DNA of 56,835 nt from an uncultured Syntrophales bacterium (GTDB lineage Bacteria; Desulfobacterota; Syntrophia; Syntrophales; JADFWA01): assembly GCA_964650385.1 (NCBI GenBank), contig CAZYTP010000005.1, forward strand, positions 1 to 56,835, read 5' to 3'. This document shows positions 20,958-30,445 of the stretch, piece after piece (position 1 is the first letter of the stretch; every line of letters starts with the position of its first letter). Position numbers and translations under genes: made by a program. The notes beneath the pieces were generated by a model that saw only the letters and a list, made by a program, of their open reading frames with translations, had not been told where the DNA came from and did not search any database.

Positions 20958-21035
20958 GTGAACTAACGTGACTAAAGTTGAAAATTCTTATCCATAACCT
21001 TAGCTCACTTTAGGCACTTCAAACTTTAGGCACTT
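20958..21035. repeat. Inverted (T/G)CACTTTAG tandem-array element, rpmI-rplT gap
   Basis: 20990-21035 is 45/46 identical to the reverse complement of 29992-30037. Confidence 0.8.
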
Positions 21036-21038
21036 ATG

Positions 21039-21236
21039 TCACGCATAAGGAATCAACTTCTTAATACTCTTTACATTTGTCTTGTCCATAATGGTAGACT
21101 TTCTCAAACCCCTTTTCTTTTTAGACGTTTTCTTCGTAAGGATATGACTGGCAAAAGCCTTTTTTCTTTTTATCTTTCCTGTTCCAGTCAGGCTAAATCT
21201 TTTGGCCGCTCCTCTGTGTGTCTTAATCTTTGGCAT
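21039..21236 (-). CDS. rpmI: 50S ribosomal protein L35
   Basis: [14 protein letters not shown]...HILTKK. Confidence 0.97.
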   Translation of the reverse strand: MPKIKTHRGAAKRFSLTGTGKIKRKKAFASHILTKKTSKKKRGLRKSTIMDKTNVKSIKKLIPYA

Positions 21237-21316
21237 CAAATCACCCCTGTCTCATTATATGAATATTTAGCACTCAAATATCAGTCATTAAAAATATTAA
21301 TTGTCTTTATAATTTT

Positions 21317-21826
21317 TTATTTTTTGGGAGATATTATCATTATCATATTTCTTCCCTCAAGCTTCGGATACTTATCAATGACACACGTATCTACCAGCTC
21401 ATCCTTTATCTCCTCCATGATCTTCCTGCCCAGATCAGTATATACTATCTCTCTTCCCCTGAACATCATGGTTATCTTTACTTTATTGTTTTGATCGAGA
21501 AATTTTTTTATATGACGAAGTTTAAACTGTAAATCATGCTCCTCAATCTTTGGTCTCACCCTGACCTCTTTTATTTGAATCGTGGCCGCACCTTTTTTAG
21601 CTACCTGATTTTTCTTACTCTGCTGATACCTGAATTTTCCATAGTCCATGATCCGGCACACAGTAGGCGAAGAACTTGGGGCAACCTCCACCAGATCCAG
21701 ACCCACCTTATCAGCCTCTACCAAGGCATCCTCCAAAGGTAATATTCCCAACTGTTTCCCTTCAGAATCAATAACTCTAACACTGTCAGCCTTGATCCCA
21801 CGATTTATTCTTAAATTCTTAGCTAT
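21317..21826 (-). CDS. infC: Translation initiation factor IF-3 with non-canonical ATA start
   Basis: Frame extends 25 codons upstream of the listed TTG to an ATA after GGAGGTG, adding RINRGIKADSVRVID; MDYGKFRY, KITMMFRGRE. Confidence 0.93.
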   Translation of the reverse strand: MAKNLRINRGIKADSVRVIDSEGKQLGILPLEDALVEADKVGLDLVEVAPSSSPTVCRIMDYGKFRYQQSKKNQVAKKGAATIQIKEVRVRPKIEEHDLQFKLRHIKKFLDQNNKVKITMMFRGREIVYTDLGRKIMEEIKDELVDTCVIDKYPKLEGRNMIMIISPKK

Positions 21827-21845
21827 AAGTCACCTCCTGCTTTTT

Positions 21846-21899
21846 AGTAAACTAAAGTTATAGATAAGCATTTTCAACTTTGGACACTTTAGTTCACTC
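21846..21899. repeat. Short copy of the CACTTTAG array element, thrS-infC gap
   Basis: Core AAAGTTATAGATAAGCATTTTCAACTTT is 25/28 identical (reverse complement) to the core at ~20974-21001. Confidence 0.65.
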
Positions 21900-21900
21900 T

Positions 21901-23817
21901 CTATTCATACTTACTACACTTTTCTCTAACCAGGGAAACAAAATCAGCCACACTGGTTGATCCAAGATTTTTTCCATCCCTCTGCCTGGGAGAAACACTC
22001 TCAGAATCGATCTCTTTGTCACCGATTACCAACATATAAGGGATTTTTTGCATTTGTGCTTCCCTTATCTTGTATCCCAATTTTTCGTTTCTGAAATCCC
22101 TCTCCACCCGGATACCGGCATCGACAAGTTGCCTGTAAACTTTTTCACCGTAAGGTATATGTTTCTCGGTAACTGTAAGCAAAACCGCCTGTACCGGTGA
22201 CAACCATACAGGAAAGGCACCAACATAATGCTCAATTAACACCCCCATAAACCTTTCTATAGCACCCAGAATAACCCTGTGCAGCATAACCGGTCTATGC
22301 TTCTCACCATCAGACCCGATATAGTTGAGATCAAACCTGTCAGGCAGGGTAAAATCGCATTGTATTGTCGCACATTGCCAGCTTCTTTTCAAGGCATCCT
22401 TCAGCTTAAAGTCTATCTTGGGACCATAAAAAGCCCCGTCTCCTTCATTAATATCATAAGACATATTTTTGTCTTTAAGCGCATGTTCCAACGCTGAAGT
22501 AGCAAGCTCCCAATCCTCATCGGAACCTATCGAGTCCCCCGGTCTTGTGCTGAGTTCAACTTCATATTCAAAATTGAAAACAGCCATCGCAAAATCGACA
22601 AAATCGACAACGTCTTTGATCTCAGAATTCAACTGCTCGGGTGTACATAATATATGTGCATCATCCTGCGTAAATTGACGAGCCCTCATCAAACCGTGGA
22701 GAACCCCTGTTTTTTCATGGCGGTGAACGGTACCAAGTTCAAAATATCTGACCGGTAAGTCCCTGTAACTCCTTATCTTGGACTTGTATATCAACATGTG
22801 AGAAAGGCAGTTCATAGGCTTTATACCATAAACTTGACCCTCAATCTCGGTAAAATACATGTTTTCCTGGTAATGGTCAAAATGTCCCGATTTCTTCCAG
22901 AGTTCTTCCTTTAACATTTGAGGCCCTACAACAATTTCATACCCCCGCTTCAGGTGTTCCTTTCTTTCCCAATCCTCAATAATTGTCCTTAACATAGCCC
23001 CCTTCGGATGAAATATAATCATACCCGGTCCAACTTCTTCATTCATCTGAAAAAGGTCTAACTCTCTTCCCAATTTCCTGTGATCTCTCCTTTTTGCCTC
23101 TTCAAGTAGTAAAAGATACTCCTCAAGTTCCTCCTCAGTCGCAAAACCGGTACCATAGATGCGTTGCAACATTTTGTTTTTCTCATCCCCGCGCCAGTAA
23201 GCACCTGCAACGCCTGTCAGCTTGAATGCCTTAATCATACCTGTGGATGGTATATGTGGTCCACGACACAAATCCGTAAATCCGTCCTGTCTGTAAAGAC
23301 TCACTTCTACCACATCCTCCGGCATATCATTCAACAGCTCAACTTTGTATGATTCCCCTTTTTCCTTAAATAGCGAGATAGCCTCTTCTTTCGAGACCTC
23401 TTCACGCGTAAAGGGATAATCGGCAGATATAATTTCTCTCATTCTTTTTTCAATCTTCACCAGATCCTCAGGAGTAAAGGATTCGGAGTACTCAAAATCA
23501 TAGTAAAAACCATCAGCAATAGCAGGACCTATGCTAACTTTAACACCTTCGAAGATATCCTGTACAGCCTGAGCCATCACATGGGATATGCTGTGTCTGA
23601 GTACGGTTAAACCCTCTCCCGAGTTAACATCAACAACTATTATCGAAGAATCTTCCTTCACAGAATAACTTAAATCCACCATTTCATCATTAACTTTTGC
23701 CGCTACTGCAGAAGGCAACAACTCTTCCTTCCATGACGCAATTATCTCTTTAACGGTCAACTCTTCAGCGTGAGATACTACCGAACCATCAGGTAAGCTA
23801 AATTTGATTTTCTTCAT
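21901..23817 (-). CDS. thrS: Threonine-tRNA ligase
   Basis: TGS domain, [28 protein letters not shown]. Confidence 0.98.
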   Translation of the reverse strand: MKKIKFSLPDGSVVSHAEELTVKEIIASWKEELLPSAVAAKVNDEMVDLSYSVKEDSSIIVVDVNSGEGLTVLRHSISHVMAQAVQDIFEGVKVSIGPAIADGFYYDFEYSESFTPEDLVKIEKRMREIISADYPFTREEVSKEEAISLFKEKGESYKVELLNDMPEDVVEVSLYRQDGFTDLCRGPHIPSTGMIKAFKLTGVAGAYWRGDEKNKMLQRIYGTGFATEEELEEYLLLLEEAKRRDHRKLGRELDLFQMNEEVGPGMIIFHPKGAMLRTIIEDWERKEHLKRGYEIVVGPQMLKEELWKKSGHFDHYQENMYFTEIEGQVYGIKPMNCLSHMLIYKSKIRSYRDLPVRYFELGTVHRHEKTGVLHGLMRARQFTQDDAHILCTPEQLNSEIKDVVDFVDFAMAVFNFEYEVELSTRPGDSIGSDEDWELATSALEHALKDKNMSYDINEGDGAFYGPKIDFKLKDALKRSWQCATIQCDFTLPDRFDLNYIGSDGEKHRPVMLHRVILGAIERFMGVLIEHYVGAFPVWLSPVQAVLLTVTEKHIPYGEKVYRQLVDAGIRVERDFRNEKLGYKIREAQMQKIPYMLVIGDKEIDSESVSPRQRDGKNLGSTSVADFVSLVREKCSKYE

Positions 23818-24030
23818 GAAAAATGTCCCAATTCAGAAAAATGTACACACATTTTAAACCTGATACGGATCTGCCTGAGGCAGACAACCAAAAAAGTTCA
23901 AAAAGTGTATAAAGTAAGCTAAAGTTTACTGATTGTTTGAGGCGATACCCGCACATACACAAAAAACGCAAATATCACAGACAAAAACCCTTCTTCATCA
24001 GACAGGCACCTGATAATACCTGTATTTAAA

Positions 24031-24070
24031 TAAAGGGCATCGCTGGTTTGAAACTTGCTGATGCCCCTTT
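24031..24070 (-). terminator. Hairpin between tRNA-Val and thrS (possible terminator/processing stem)
   Basis: AAAGGGCATC...GATGCCCCTTT inverted repeat, followed by a T-rich stretch on the minus strand. Confidence 0.45.
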
Positions 24071-24227
24071 CAATTCACCACGTGTCGAGACTTCTGAAAA
24101 AGGTCTCACCTTGAGGAGATATCCCTCTGAACACTTAGTTAATTCAATAGTTTACGAGATTCATCGCCGATGAATTCTGAGACGCCTAAAAGTTCCTCAA
24201 ACATTTCCTACAACTGTTAACTATAAA

Positions 24228-24302
24228 TGGTAGGCACGCAGGGATTTGAACCCTGGACCCCCACCGTGTCAAGGTGATGCTCTCCCCCTGAGCTACGTGC
24301 CT
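24228..24302 (-). tRNA. tRNA-Val (GAC)
   Basis: AGGCACGTAGCTCAGGGGGAGAGCATCACCTT-GAC-ACGGTGGGGGTCCAGGGTTCAAATCCCTGCGTGCCTACCA; cloverleaf with encoded CCA. Confidence 0.96.
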
Positions 24303-24544
24303 ACAGACTTTCAAAAAAGATTCCACCTTGAGTGGATATCCCTCAAATTCTAATGGGTTTCAAGACATTTGCAGATCCTGTAAATATCTTACATTAAATC
24401 CGCCACTGATTAACAATAAAGCATTTTTATGTCAAGATAAATATTGGGCAAGCAAAGCAGTCAGGCATCAGTAAAAAAGCTGGGGCGAAGACCGTTTTTC
24501 TCTGTCGTGCCGATCCCTGAATGCTAACTGCTGATTGTTCACAA

Positions 24545-25087
24545 TTACCCAGTACTATTATTTATGAATTTCACCCCTTTGGTCACATAATGCAGGCCGG
24601 AAACAATTGTAAAAAACGCTGTAGCCCAATAAACTACTTCAATCAACTGCCAATAAGAACTTCCCGGTAAATACCTTAACACAAGGACAGAAAAAACAGA
24701 TAAAAGTTGAAACACTGTTGTTACCTTACCTACAAAAGCAGGACGAACATCAAAAGGAATAGACATAGAAGACAGCACTGAAACACCAATTAATATAATA
24801 AAATCCCTGCTTACGACAATCACGGCAAGCCAGGAAGGAATCATTCCAAGGATTGCTAAAGTCACATAAGAACTGGTAATCAGAGCCTTATCGGCCAGTG
24901 GATCCATATATGAACCCAAAACTGTTTTTTGTTTCAATATCCTTGCAAGAAAACCATCAACGGCATCAGTAATGCCCGCAACGATAAAAACAATAAGTGC
25001 ATTAAAAAACAAACCCTGAATCAAGAATATAACAAGAACAGGAACAAGGAATATTCTTATCAGGGTTAAAAAATTTGGTATATTCAT
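24545..25087 (-). CDS. CDP-alcohol phosphatidyltransferase (PgsA-like)
   Basis: MNIPNFLTLIR and DAVDGFLAR...GSYMDPLADK signature. Confidence 0.92.
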   Translation of the reverse strand: MNIPNFLTLIRIFLVPVLVIFLIQGLFFNALIVFIVAGITDAVDGFLARILKQKTVLGSYMDPLADKALITSSYVTLAILGMIPSWLAVIVVSRDFIILIGVSVLSSMSIPFDVRPAFVGKVTTVFQLLSVFSVLVLRYLPGSSYWQLIEVVYWATAFFTIVSGLHYVTKGVKFINNSTG

Positions 25088-25097
25088 CTTTTAGCTA

Positions 25098-25865
25098 CTA
25101 CAAGTCATCTCTTGACCTGTTCCAATCAACCCATTCATTCTTATCTTCTTCCCGAGTAAAATCCCGCGGTCTCTCGGCCGTACCATCTCCCTTTATGCTG
25201 ACCTGCTGCATCGATTTAAGGAGGTATGTCCACTCTTCTAATGTTACTTTTTCAGGCCCGGGAACTACTACCGGTCCCGGTATCTTTTTAGGAGCTTCGA
25301 TTCTTTTTGGTGGTTTAATAATCTTCCCACCTCCCGCAACGTACACTATACCATCGTAAACCCTTACCAGAACTGACTTATCATCTTTTACATTCATTCT
25401 ATATACAGTTCCTCTAACCCCTGCAACAGCATTTTCACAGGACACCTCAAAATTAGTTTTTACACCCAAGGTCCTGTTTACATTTGCCCAGGTCCTGCCC
25501 AGAAGTAAACGCACTTTAATATTTTCAGCCCTCAATTTTTCATTCCAGCCAATTTGAGAAATTTTAAAACAAGTATTGTCCGCAAAGCGGAGACCAGTAT
25601 TATTTTTCAAAACAATTTCCAGTCTTGATTTAGGCCCGGTATTTACCCGGTCACCACCCTTCAGGATATCTCCAACTTTTAAAGAGTGTCTTTCATTTCC
25701 ATCCCCTGGAATAACAAAGGCCGTACCCTCGAGAAGAGTTACCTTTGCCTCTTCTTTGCCGATTTTAACCACCATAAGCCTTCTGGCACAAACATCATTC
25801 GATAAGATGACAAAAATGAAAAAAACCGCACAGCACAAAAAAGTGGTTTTCTGAAAGCTTTGCAT
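25098..25865 (-). CDS. Exported FecR-domain protein
   Basis: Signal peptide, LKVGDIL.GGDRVNTG, AVAGVRGT, VRVYDGIV; Pro-rich insert. Confidence 0.8.
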   Translation of the reverse strand: MQSFQKTTFLCCAVFFIFVILSNDVCARRLMVVKIGKEEAKVTLLEGTAFVIPGDGNERHSLKVGDILKGGDRVNTGPKSRLEIVLKNNTGLRFADNTCFKISQIGWNEKLRAENIKVRLLLGRTWANVNRTLGVKTNFEVSCENAVAGVRGTVYRMNVKDDKSVLVRVYDGIVYVAGGGKIIKPPKRIEAPKKIPGPVVVPGPEKVTLEEWTYLLKSMQQVSIKGDGTAERPRDFTREEDKNEWVDWNRSRDDL

Positions 25866-25953
25866 AATCAACTCCCTGTTATACTGAGCTTTGGAAATAC
25901 GATTCTATCTTATCGCTGAACGTTGACTGCTGACAGCTAAACGCTTCCATTAT

Positions 25954-26023
25954 TGAAGCTCCCCTGCAGCAAGCTACGGGGAACAAAGTAATTCGAAGAA
26001 TAATGCGCTCGCTGTTCAGTTCA
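25954..26023 (+). repeat. TGAA...TTCA element, copy with ~20-nt insert
   Basis: TGAAGCTCCCCTGCAGCAAGCTACGGGGAA...AATGCGCTCGCTGTTCAGTTCA; the last 22 nt are identical to the 4665 copy. Confidence 0.75.
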
Positions 26024-26626
26024 TACAGCATCAGGGCCATCAGGCAGTGTTTCTATTGCCTTTTTTACCACTTCCTCAAGAGCCTTTTCATAAACCTGAC
26101 ATGATTTCATTTCAAGTTCTTTCTGAGAAAATCCATAGCACTTCTTCACTACTCTATAATGTGAACCCCAAAGTGTCTCACCTGTCTTCGCACTTCTTAA
26201 TTCAAAAGAAACGGAAACCGCCGTGGGGGCATAAAAATAAACGAAAGAGGTTTTCCACTCAGTCAGGGTACAATACATCACAGCACCAACACCAAGCAAT
26301 TCCCCCATTGCTTTAGGCGGTATCTTTCCTGCCACATATTCCGCATTTTTTTTATAAACTTTAGAGAGCTTTTCGTCAACAAATTCTAACGGTATTTTTG
26401 GATAACCTTTAAAATATAGTTCTTCAAATATCTTTTTTCGCAGAATTTGGGCTGCTTGGGTATCAGACGTCTTATTATCTACGGGCATCACTGCAACAAG
26501 CCTTGGGCTCTTCTCCTTGGAAGGAGGAACAACCGGAGAGGAAAATCTTGACCAGCAACCGGAAATAAAACAGACAATTACTAATAGACAAAAAGCACTT
26601 TTTATCCTTTTAAGAAACATTTGCAC
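26021..26626 (-). CDS. Lipoprotein, DUF799/GNA1162-like
   Basis: Lipobox ISGC, VAVMPVDNKT, GELLGVGAVMY, SAKTGETLW, LPDGP. Confidence 0.7.
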   Translation of the reverse strand: MQMFLKRIKSAFCLLVIVCFISGCWSRFSSPVVPPSKEKSPRLVAVMPVDNKTSDTQAAQILRKKIFEELYFKGYPKIPLEFVDEKLSKVYKKNAEYVAGKIPPKAMGELLGVGAVMYCTLTEWKTSFVYFYAPTAVSVSFELRSAKTGETLWGSHYRVVKKCYGFSQKELEMKSCQVYEKALEEVVKKAIETLPDGPDAV

Positions 26627-26634
26627 ACCTCAAC

Positions 26635-27528
26635 TCATCTATATAATCTCAGCTCAATGTTTTCTGGGCTGATGTTAGTTATATCAAGTGAAAAGCCACT
26701 AAATTTTTGGGCAGAAAGCTGATCAGCAAGAGATTGGGCACTTCCACGTATATTTAAATCCAATTTAACTGCATCCGATTCTATCCTCCGCGGGCAAACA
26801 TCTGTTATTCCGCTTACTTCTGTCTTTAATACTTCTATAAATTGAACGAAATCGGAGCAACTTTTCATTCCTCGAACAGTCATGGCAACCACTGCGGTTG
26901 AACTAATTTCTTCTTGCCACTTTGCTATAATCTGTGATTCCAAAAGATTTGCCAGTTTCGTGGCGGCTTTTTCAATGGCTTCAGACCCTCCGGTCAGATC
27001 ATCCATATGAATAGTTATCTCCTGTACACTTGCCGAAGCTACGACAACACCGTCATTCACCTTTATAGCTTTGGCGGTAAGGGTGGACTGAAAAGATTTC
27101 ATGGTAGTACCGGCCACGTTCCCCGTACATTTCACCAAGGCTTTCCCCGTAATGATAAGTTCGGCACCTCCCTGGTTTCCTAAAGATACAGCACCCTCGT
27201 CACTCAAATCTCCAAACTGATAAAACTTCTCAAAATCAAATGCACCCGCCGGAATTGAATAATCAACAAAGGTAAACCCCTTCTCTGAAAACCTGGCTCT
27301 GATAACACCATCACAAATCGTACCCCAACGGTAGCCGGAATAATCCTGCCCTACGTTCTGTTCTGCAATAAGAACCATGGTTCTCGGCATCTCCTTATTG
27401 ACCAGAAAACTCCCGTCTTCCGCATAGACCATCCGGATTTCAACTCCATTTCCGGCAACATAGGCATATGAATACCAAAGGCCACAAACAATAAAAAAAA
27501 TAATTGCGAGAAAAGATGCTTTTCTCAA
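26635..27528 (-). CDS. Exported protein with putative CsgG/FlgT-middle-like domain
   Basis: Signal peptide; AELIITGKA...TAKAIKVNDGVVVASAS pattern; C-terminal alpha/beta domain. Confidence 0.5.
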   Translation of the reverse strand: MRKASFLAIIFFIVCGLWYSYAYVAGNGVEIRMVYAEDGSFLVNKEMPRTMVLIAEQNVGQDYSGYRWGTICDGVIRARFSEKGFTFVDYSIPAGAFDFEKFYQFGDLSDEGAVSLGNQGGAELIITGKALVKCTGNVAGTTMKSFQSTLTAKAIKVNDGVVVASASVQEITIHMDDLTGGSEAIEKAATKLANLLESQIIAKWQEEISSTAVVAMTVRGMKSCSDFVQFIEVLKTEVSGITDVCPRRIESDAVKLDLNIRGSAQSLADQLSAQKFSGFSLDITNISPENIELRLYR

Positions 27529-27549
27529 ACGAACCCTCCCTGACCGTTA

Positions 27550-27945
27550 TTAATCGTTCTTCAATTTCTCAATTTCTTCCCTGATAACCCTTTCGGCAAT
27601 TTCGGGCACTATCTGTCTGGCAATTTTTTCAGTAATCTCTGATACCTTTTTTGCGATTTTATCATCAAACTCACGATCCCCCAAAACCTCTTCAGGATCT
27701 TCTTCAATAACATCAATCAAATCATAGATCTCTTCATCATCTCTTAATATCCACCCATCTTTGTCCTTAACGGCTTCAAGTTTTTCCTTATCATCACGAA
27801 TTTCATCAATTAAATCAATTATTTCTTCCTCAGGATTTTCTTCATACGATAAATCTTTATCCACTTCCTCTAACTGGTCATAAACAAACGGCGACCCTTC
27901 AACAACGGGTTCTATCCTTTCTTCCGGTTCCTCATCTTTGCCCAT
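27550..27945 (-). CDS. Highly acidic protein with RomR/PopZ-like C-terminal helix
   Basis: Asp/Glu-rich, two EEI(I/Y)DLID repeats, C-terminal EKIARQIVPEIAERVIREEIEKL; GGGAG RBS. Confidence 0.6.
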   Translation of the reverse strand: MGKDEEPEERIEPVVEGSPFVYDQLEEVDKDLSYEENPEEEIIDLIDEIRDDKEKLEAVKDKDGWILRDDEEIYDLIDVIEEDPEEVLGDREFDDKIAKKVSEITEKIARQIVPEIAERVIREEIEKLKND

Positions 27946-28050
27946 GATGTTCTCCCTTATCCAATTGAGCTCATTACTTACAATATGGTTTTGACAAGTC
28001 CAACCTTCTTGTTGAAGCTTTCAACGCATCTTGAGGAGAATACGCACGTA

Positions 28051-28893
28051 CTATACATCTTCAACCAGTTTCAAAACTTGTTCGTAAACCCTCCTCTTTG
28101 AAAGGCCTGTTTCCCGGGAAATTACATCTACTATATCTCTTGTCGTAAGTTCGAGATCTTCACGCAATTTTTCAACCCTGCTTCGTATCTCTTCATCCGA
28201 AAACTGACGAGGTGTTTTTTCTTTTCCTGCAACTACAAGAGTAATTTCTCCTTTTACCACCCTTTCTTGCAGAGAGTCCATAATTTTCCTGACATCTCCC
28301 CTTAATATTTCTTCAAAAACCTTTGTCAACTCTCTGGAAACAACTACTTCCCTGTTCCCCATAATTTTTTCTATATCTCGAAGTGTAGAAACCAGCCTGT
28401 TAGGAGACTCATAAAAAACCATCGTTCTGCTCTCATCCTTCAGTAATTCTAAATACTGTCTTCTCTTATTTGCTCTGGAAGGCAAAAATCCATTAAAAAC
28501 AAAATGGTCCATTGGCAGACCGGAAACACTCAGTGCCGTTATCACGGCAGATATGCCGGGAACAGGAACAACCTTGATATGGTTTTCAATTGCTTTATTC
28601 AACAAGATATATCCAGGATCTGATATGCCGGGAGTTCCGGCATCAGACACATAAGCCACATTCATCCCGTCACTAATCCTGGAAATCAAAAAATTGCTTT
28701 TTTCTAACTCATTATGATCATAAAGGCTGGTAAGTTGAGTACGAATTTGATACGCGTTTAACAGTTTCTTTGTCCTGCGGGTATCTTCTGCCGCAATAAG
28801 CTGGACTTCCCTTAGTATCCTCAGCGCCCTGAGGGTTATATCCTCCAGATTACCTATAGGAGTTGAAACAATATATAATGTTCCTTTTTCCAT
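28051..28893 (-). CDS. rsmI: 16S rRNA C1402 2'-O-methyltransferase
   Basis: LYIVSTPIGNLED, AEDTR, SDAGTPGISDPG, RELTKVFEE. Confidence 0.96.
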   Translation of the reverse strand: MEKGTLYIVSTPIGNLEDITLRALRILREVQLIAAEDTRRTKKLLNAYQIRTQLTSLYDHNELEKSNFLISRISDGMNVAYVSDAGTPGISDPGYILLNKAIENHIKVVPVPGISAVITALSVSGLPMDHFVFNGFLPSRANKRRQYLELLKDESRTMVFYESPNRLVSTLRDIEKIMGNREVVVSRELTKVFEEILRGDVRKIMDSLQERVVKGEITLVVAGKEKTPRQFSDEEIRSRVEKLREDLELTTRDIVDVISRETGLSKRRVYEQVLKLVEDV

Positions 28894-28917
28894 GGTTTCA
28901 AGTTTCGCGTTTAAAGT

Positions 28918-29286
28918 TTAATACATCAGATCAAAAGCATTTTTAATAAGTTTTACCTCGCTGCCTTCAGGTAAAATTTTAACCGCCGCAACATCAAATC
29001 TTGCGCGGCAGTCCTGAAACTGTTTTTCCTTCAAATAATTCAATGCTATTTTTGAAATTTTCATTTTCTTGCTATGCCCAACTGACTCCTCCGGATAACC
29101 GTATTTAGCCGATCTCCTGCTTCTGACTTCTACAAATACTATGACATTTCTATCTATTGCAACAATATCAATCTCTCCAAAAACGCACCTGTAATTCCTT
29201 TGAACAATTCTGTACCCTTCTTTTTCCAGGTAATCAGCCGCAATATTTTCACCCAGTTTACCTGTCTGAATTTTAGTATTAGCCAT
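28918..29286 (-). CDS. YraN/UPF0102 family protein
   Basis: GKLGENIAADYL, RNYR, GEIDIV, VFVEVR, RFDV, IKNAF. Confidence 0.93.
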   Translation of the reverse strand: MANTKIQTGKLGENIAADYLEKEGYRIVQRNYRCVFGEIDIVAIDRNVIVFVEVRSRRSAKYGYPEESVGHSKKMKISKIALNYLKEKQFQDCRARFDVAAVKILPEGSEVKLIKNAFDLMY

Positions 29287-29347
29287 TCTTTTCACCGGGA
29301 GCGCATCCCGCAAGGGGGCGCAATATAAAACAAACATATTCCTTGCC

Positions 29348-29383
29348 GGGAAGCCGCCCCGCTCTGTGGGCGGGGAGCTTCAC
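29348..29383 (+). mobile_element. Orphan IS200/IS605-type right end (GAAG guide, hairpin, TCAC)
   Basis: GGGAAGCCG-CCCCGCTC-TGT-GGGCGGGG-AGCTTCAC; no tnpA/tnpB in the window. Confidence 0.6.
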
Positions 29384-29988
29384 AAATAGAGGTATTCCTT
29401 TACCCCCTTGAAAGATCTTCTGTGAATTTTACAGCACCCATATTTCTTTATGGCCTCGCGATGTTCAAGAGTGCCATACCCCTTATTTTTAAGAAAATTA
29501 TACTGCGGGAATTGACGATGATATATCTCCATTATTTTATCTCTGGATACCTTGGCAATAATAGAAGCTGAAGCTATTGAAATACTCAGGGAATCTCCTT
29601 TGCGAATGGCCTGCTGCGGGATGGATACGTTAATATTATTGATACCATCAATTAGAAAATAATCGACGGCAAGGGAAAGATTTGTAACCGCCTCTTCCAT
29701 TGCCATTAATGTTGCCTGAAGAATATTTATGGAATCAATGACAGAGGATTCTACAACACCTAACCCAACTGAAAGGGCATCATTATTTATTGTTTCGTAT
29801 AGTCTTTCTCTCTTTTTGGGAGAAAGTTGTTTTGAATCACGAATTTCATCATTCTTATAGCTTGGGGGAAGAACTACGGCCGCTGCAACAACAGGACCTG
29901 ACAGAGGACCCCTCCCCGCCTCATCAACACCAGCCACAACCTGAAAGCCGCTACGATGAGCACTCAGTTCAAAACTGTACATAGTCAT
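29380..29988 (-). CDS. rnhB: Ribonuclease HII
   Basis: GVDEAGRGPL, DSKQL, KGD...ASIIAKVSRD, NKGYGT, HRRSF. Confidence 0.96.
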   Translation of the reverse strand: MTMYSFELSAHRSGFQVVAGVDEAGRGPLSGPVVAAAVVLPPSYKNDEIRDSKQLSPKKRERLYETINNDALSVGLGVVESSVIDSINILQATLMAMEEAVTNLSLAVDYFLIDGINNINVSIPQQAIRKGDSLSISIASASIIAKVSRDKIMEIYHRQFPQYNFLKNKGYGTLEHREAIKKYGCCKIHRRSFKGVKEYLYL

Positions 29989-29990
29989 TA

Positions 29991-30090
29991 AAAGTGCCTA
30001 AAGTTTGAAGTGCCTAAAGTGAGCTAAAGTTATGGATCACATTATTAACTTTAGGCACTTTAGTTCACTTTAGACATTTTAGCTCACTTT
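29991..30090. repeat. Largest inverted CACTTTAG tandem-array element, rplS-rnhB gap
   Basis: AAAGTGCCT/AAAGTGAGCT units, core, then AGGCACTTT/AGCTCACTTT units on the opposite strand; fills the whole gap. Confidence 0.85.
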
Positions 30091-30091
30091 C

Positions 30092-30439
30092 TTACCTTCT
30101 ATCGGCTTCTTTAATCCTTGCCTTTTTGCCTCTAAGTCCTCTCAGATAGTACAGTCTGGAACGCCTAACTTTTCCTTTTCTCACAACCTCGACCCTGTCT
30201 ATTATAGGCGAATGAAGGGGGAAAGTTCTTTCAACACCTACACCATATGACATTTTCCTCACAGTAAAACTTGCCCGGTTACTTCCTCCTCTTTTCCTTA
30301 TTACAACTCCTTCAAAAACCTGTATTCTCTCTTTCTGACCTTCGACAATTTTCGCATACACCTTAACGGTATCACCTGATTTAAAATAGGGGATATCTAA
30401 TCTAATCTGTTCTTTTTCAAGCATTTCAAGTCTATTCAT
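30092..30439 (-). CDS. rplS: 50S ribosomal protein L19
   Basis: [35 protein letters not shown]. Confidence 0.97.
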   Translation of the reverse strand: MNRLEMLEKEQIRLDIPYFKSGDTVKVYAKIVEGQKERIQVFEGVVIRKRGGSNRASFTVRKMSYGVGVERTFPLHSPIIDRVEVVRKGKVRRSRLYYLRGLRGKKARIKEADRR

Positions 30440-30445
30440 TTCTTT

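Noticed and set aside
24061..24080. Plus-strand tRNA 3' fragment (CAATTCACCA) as an att remnant
   Set aside because: Too short, lacks a T-loop and does not match the adjacent tRNA-Val.
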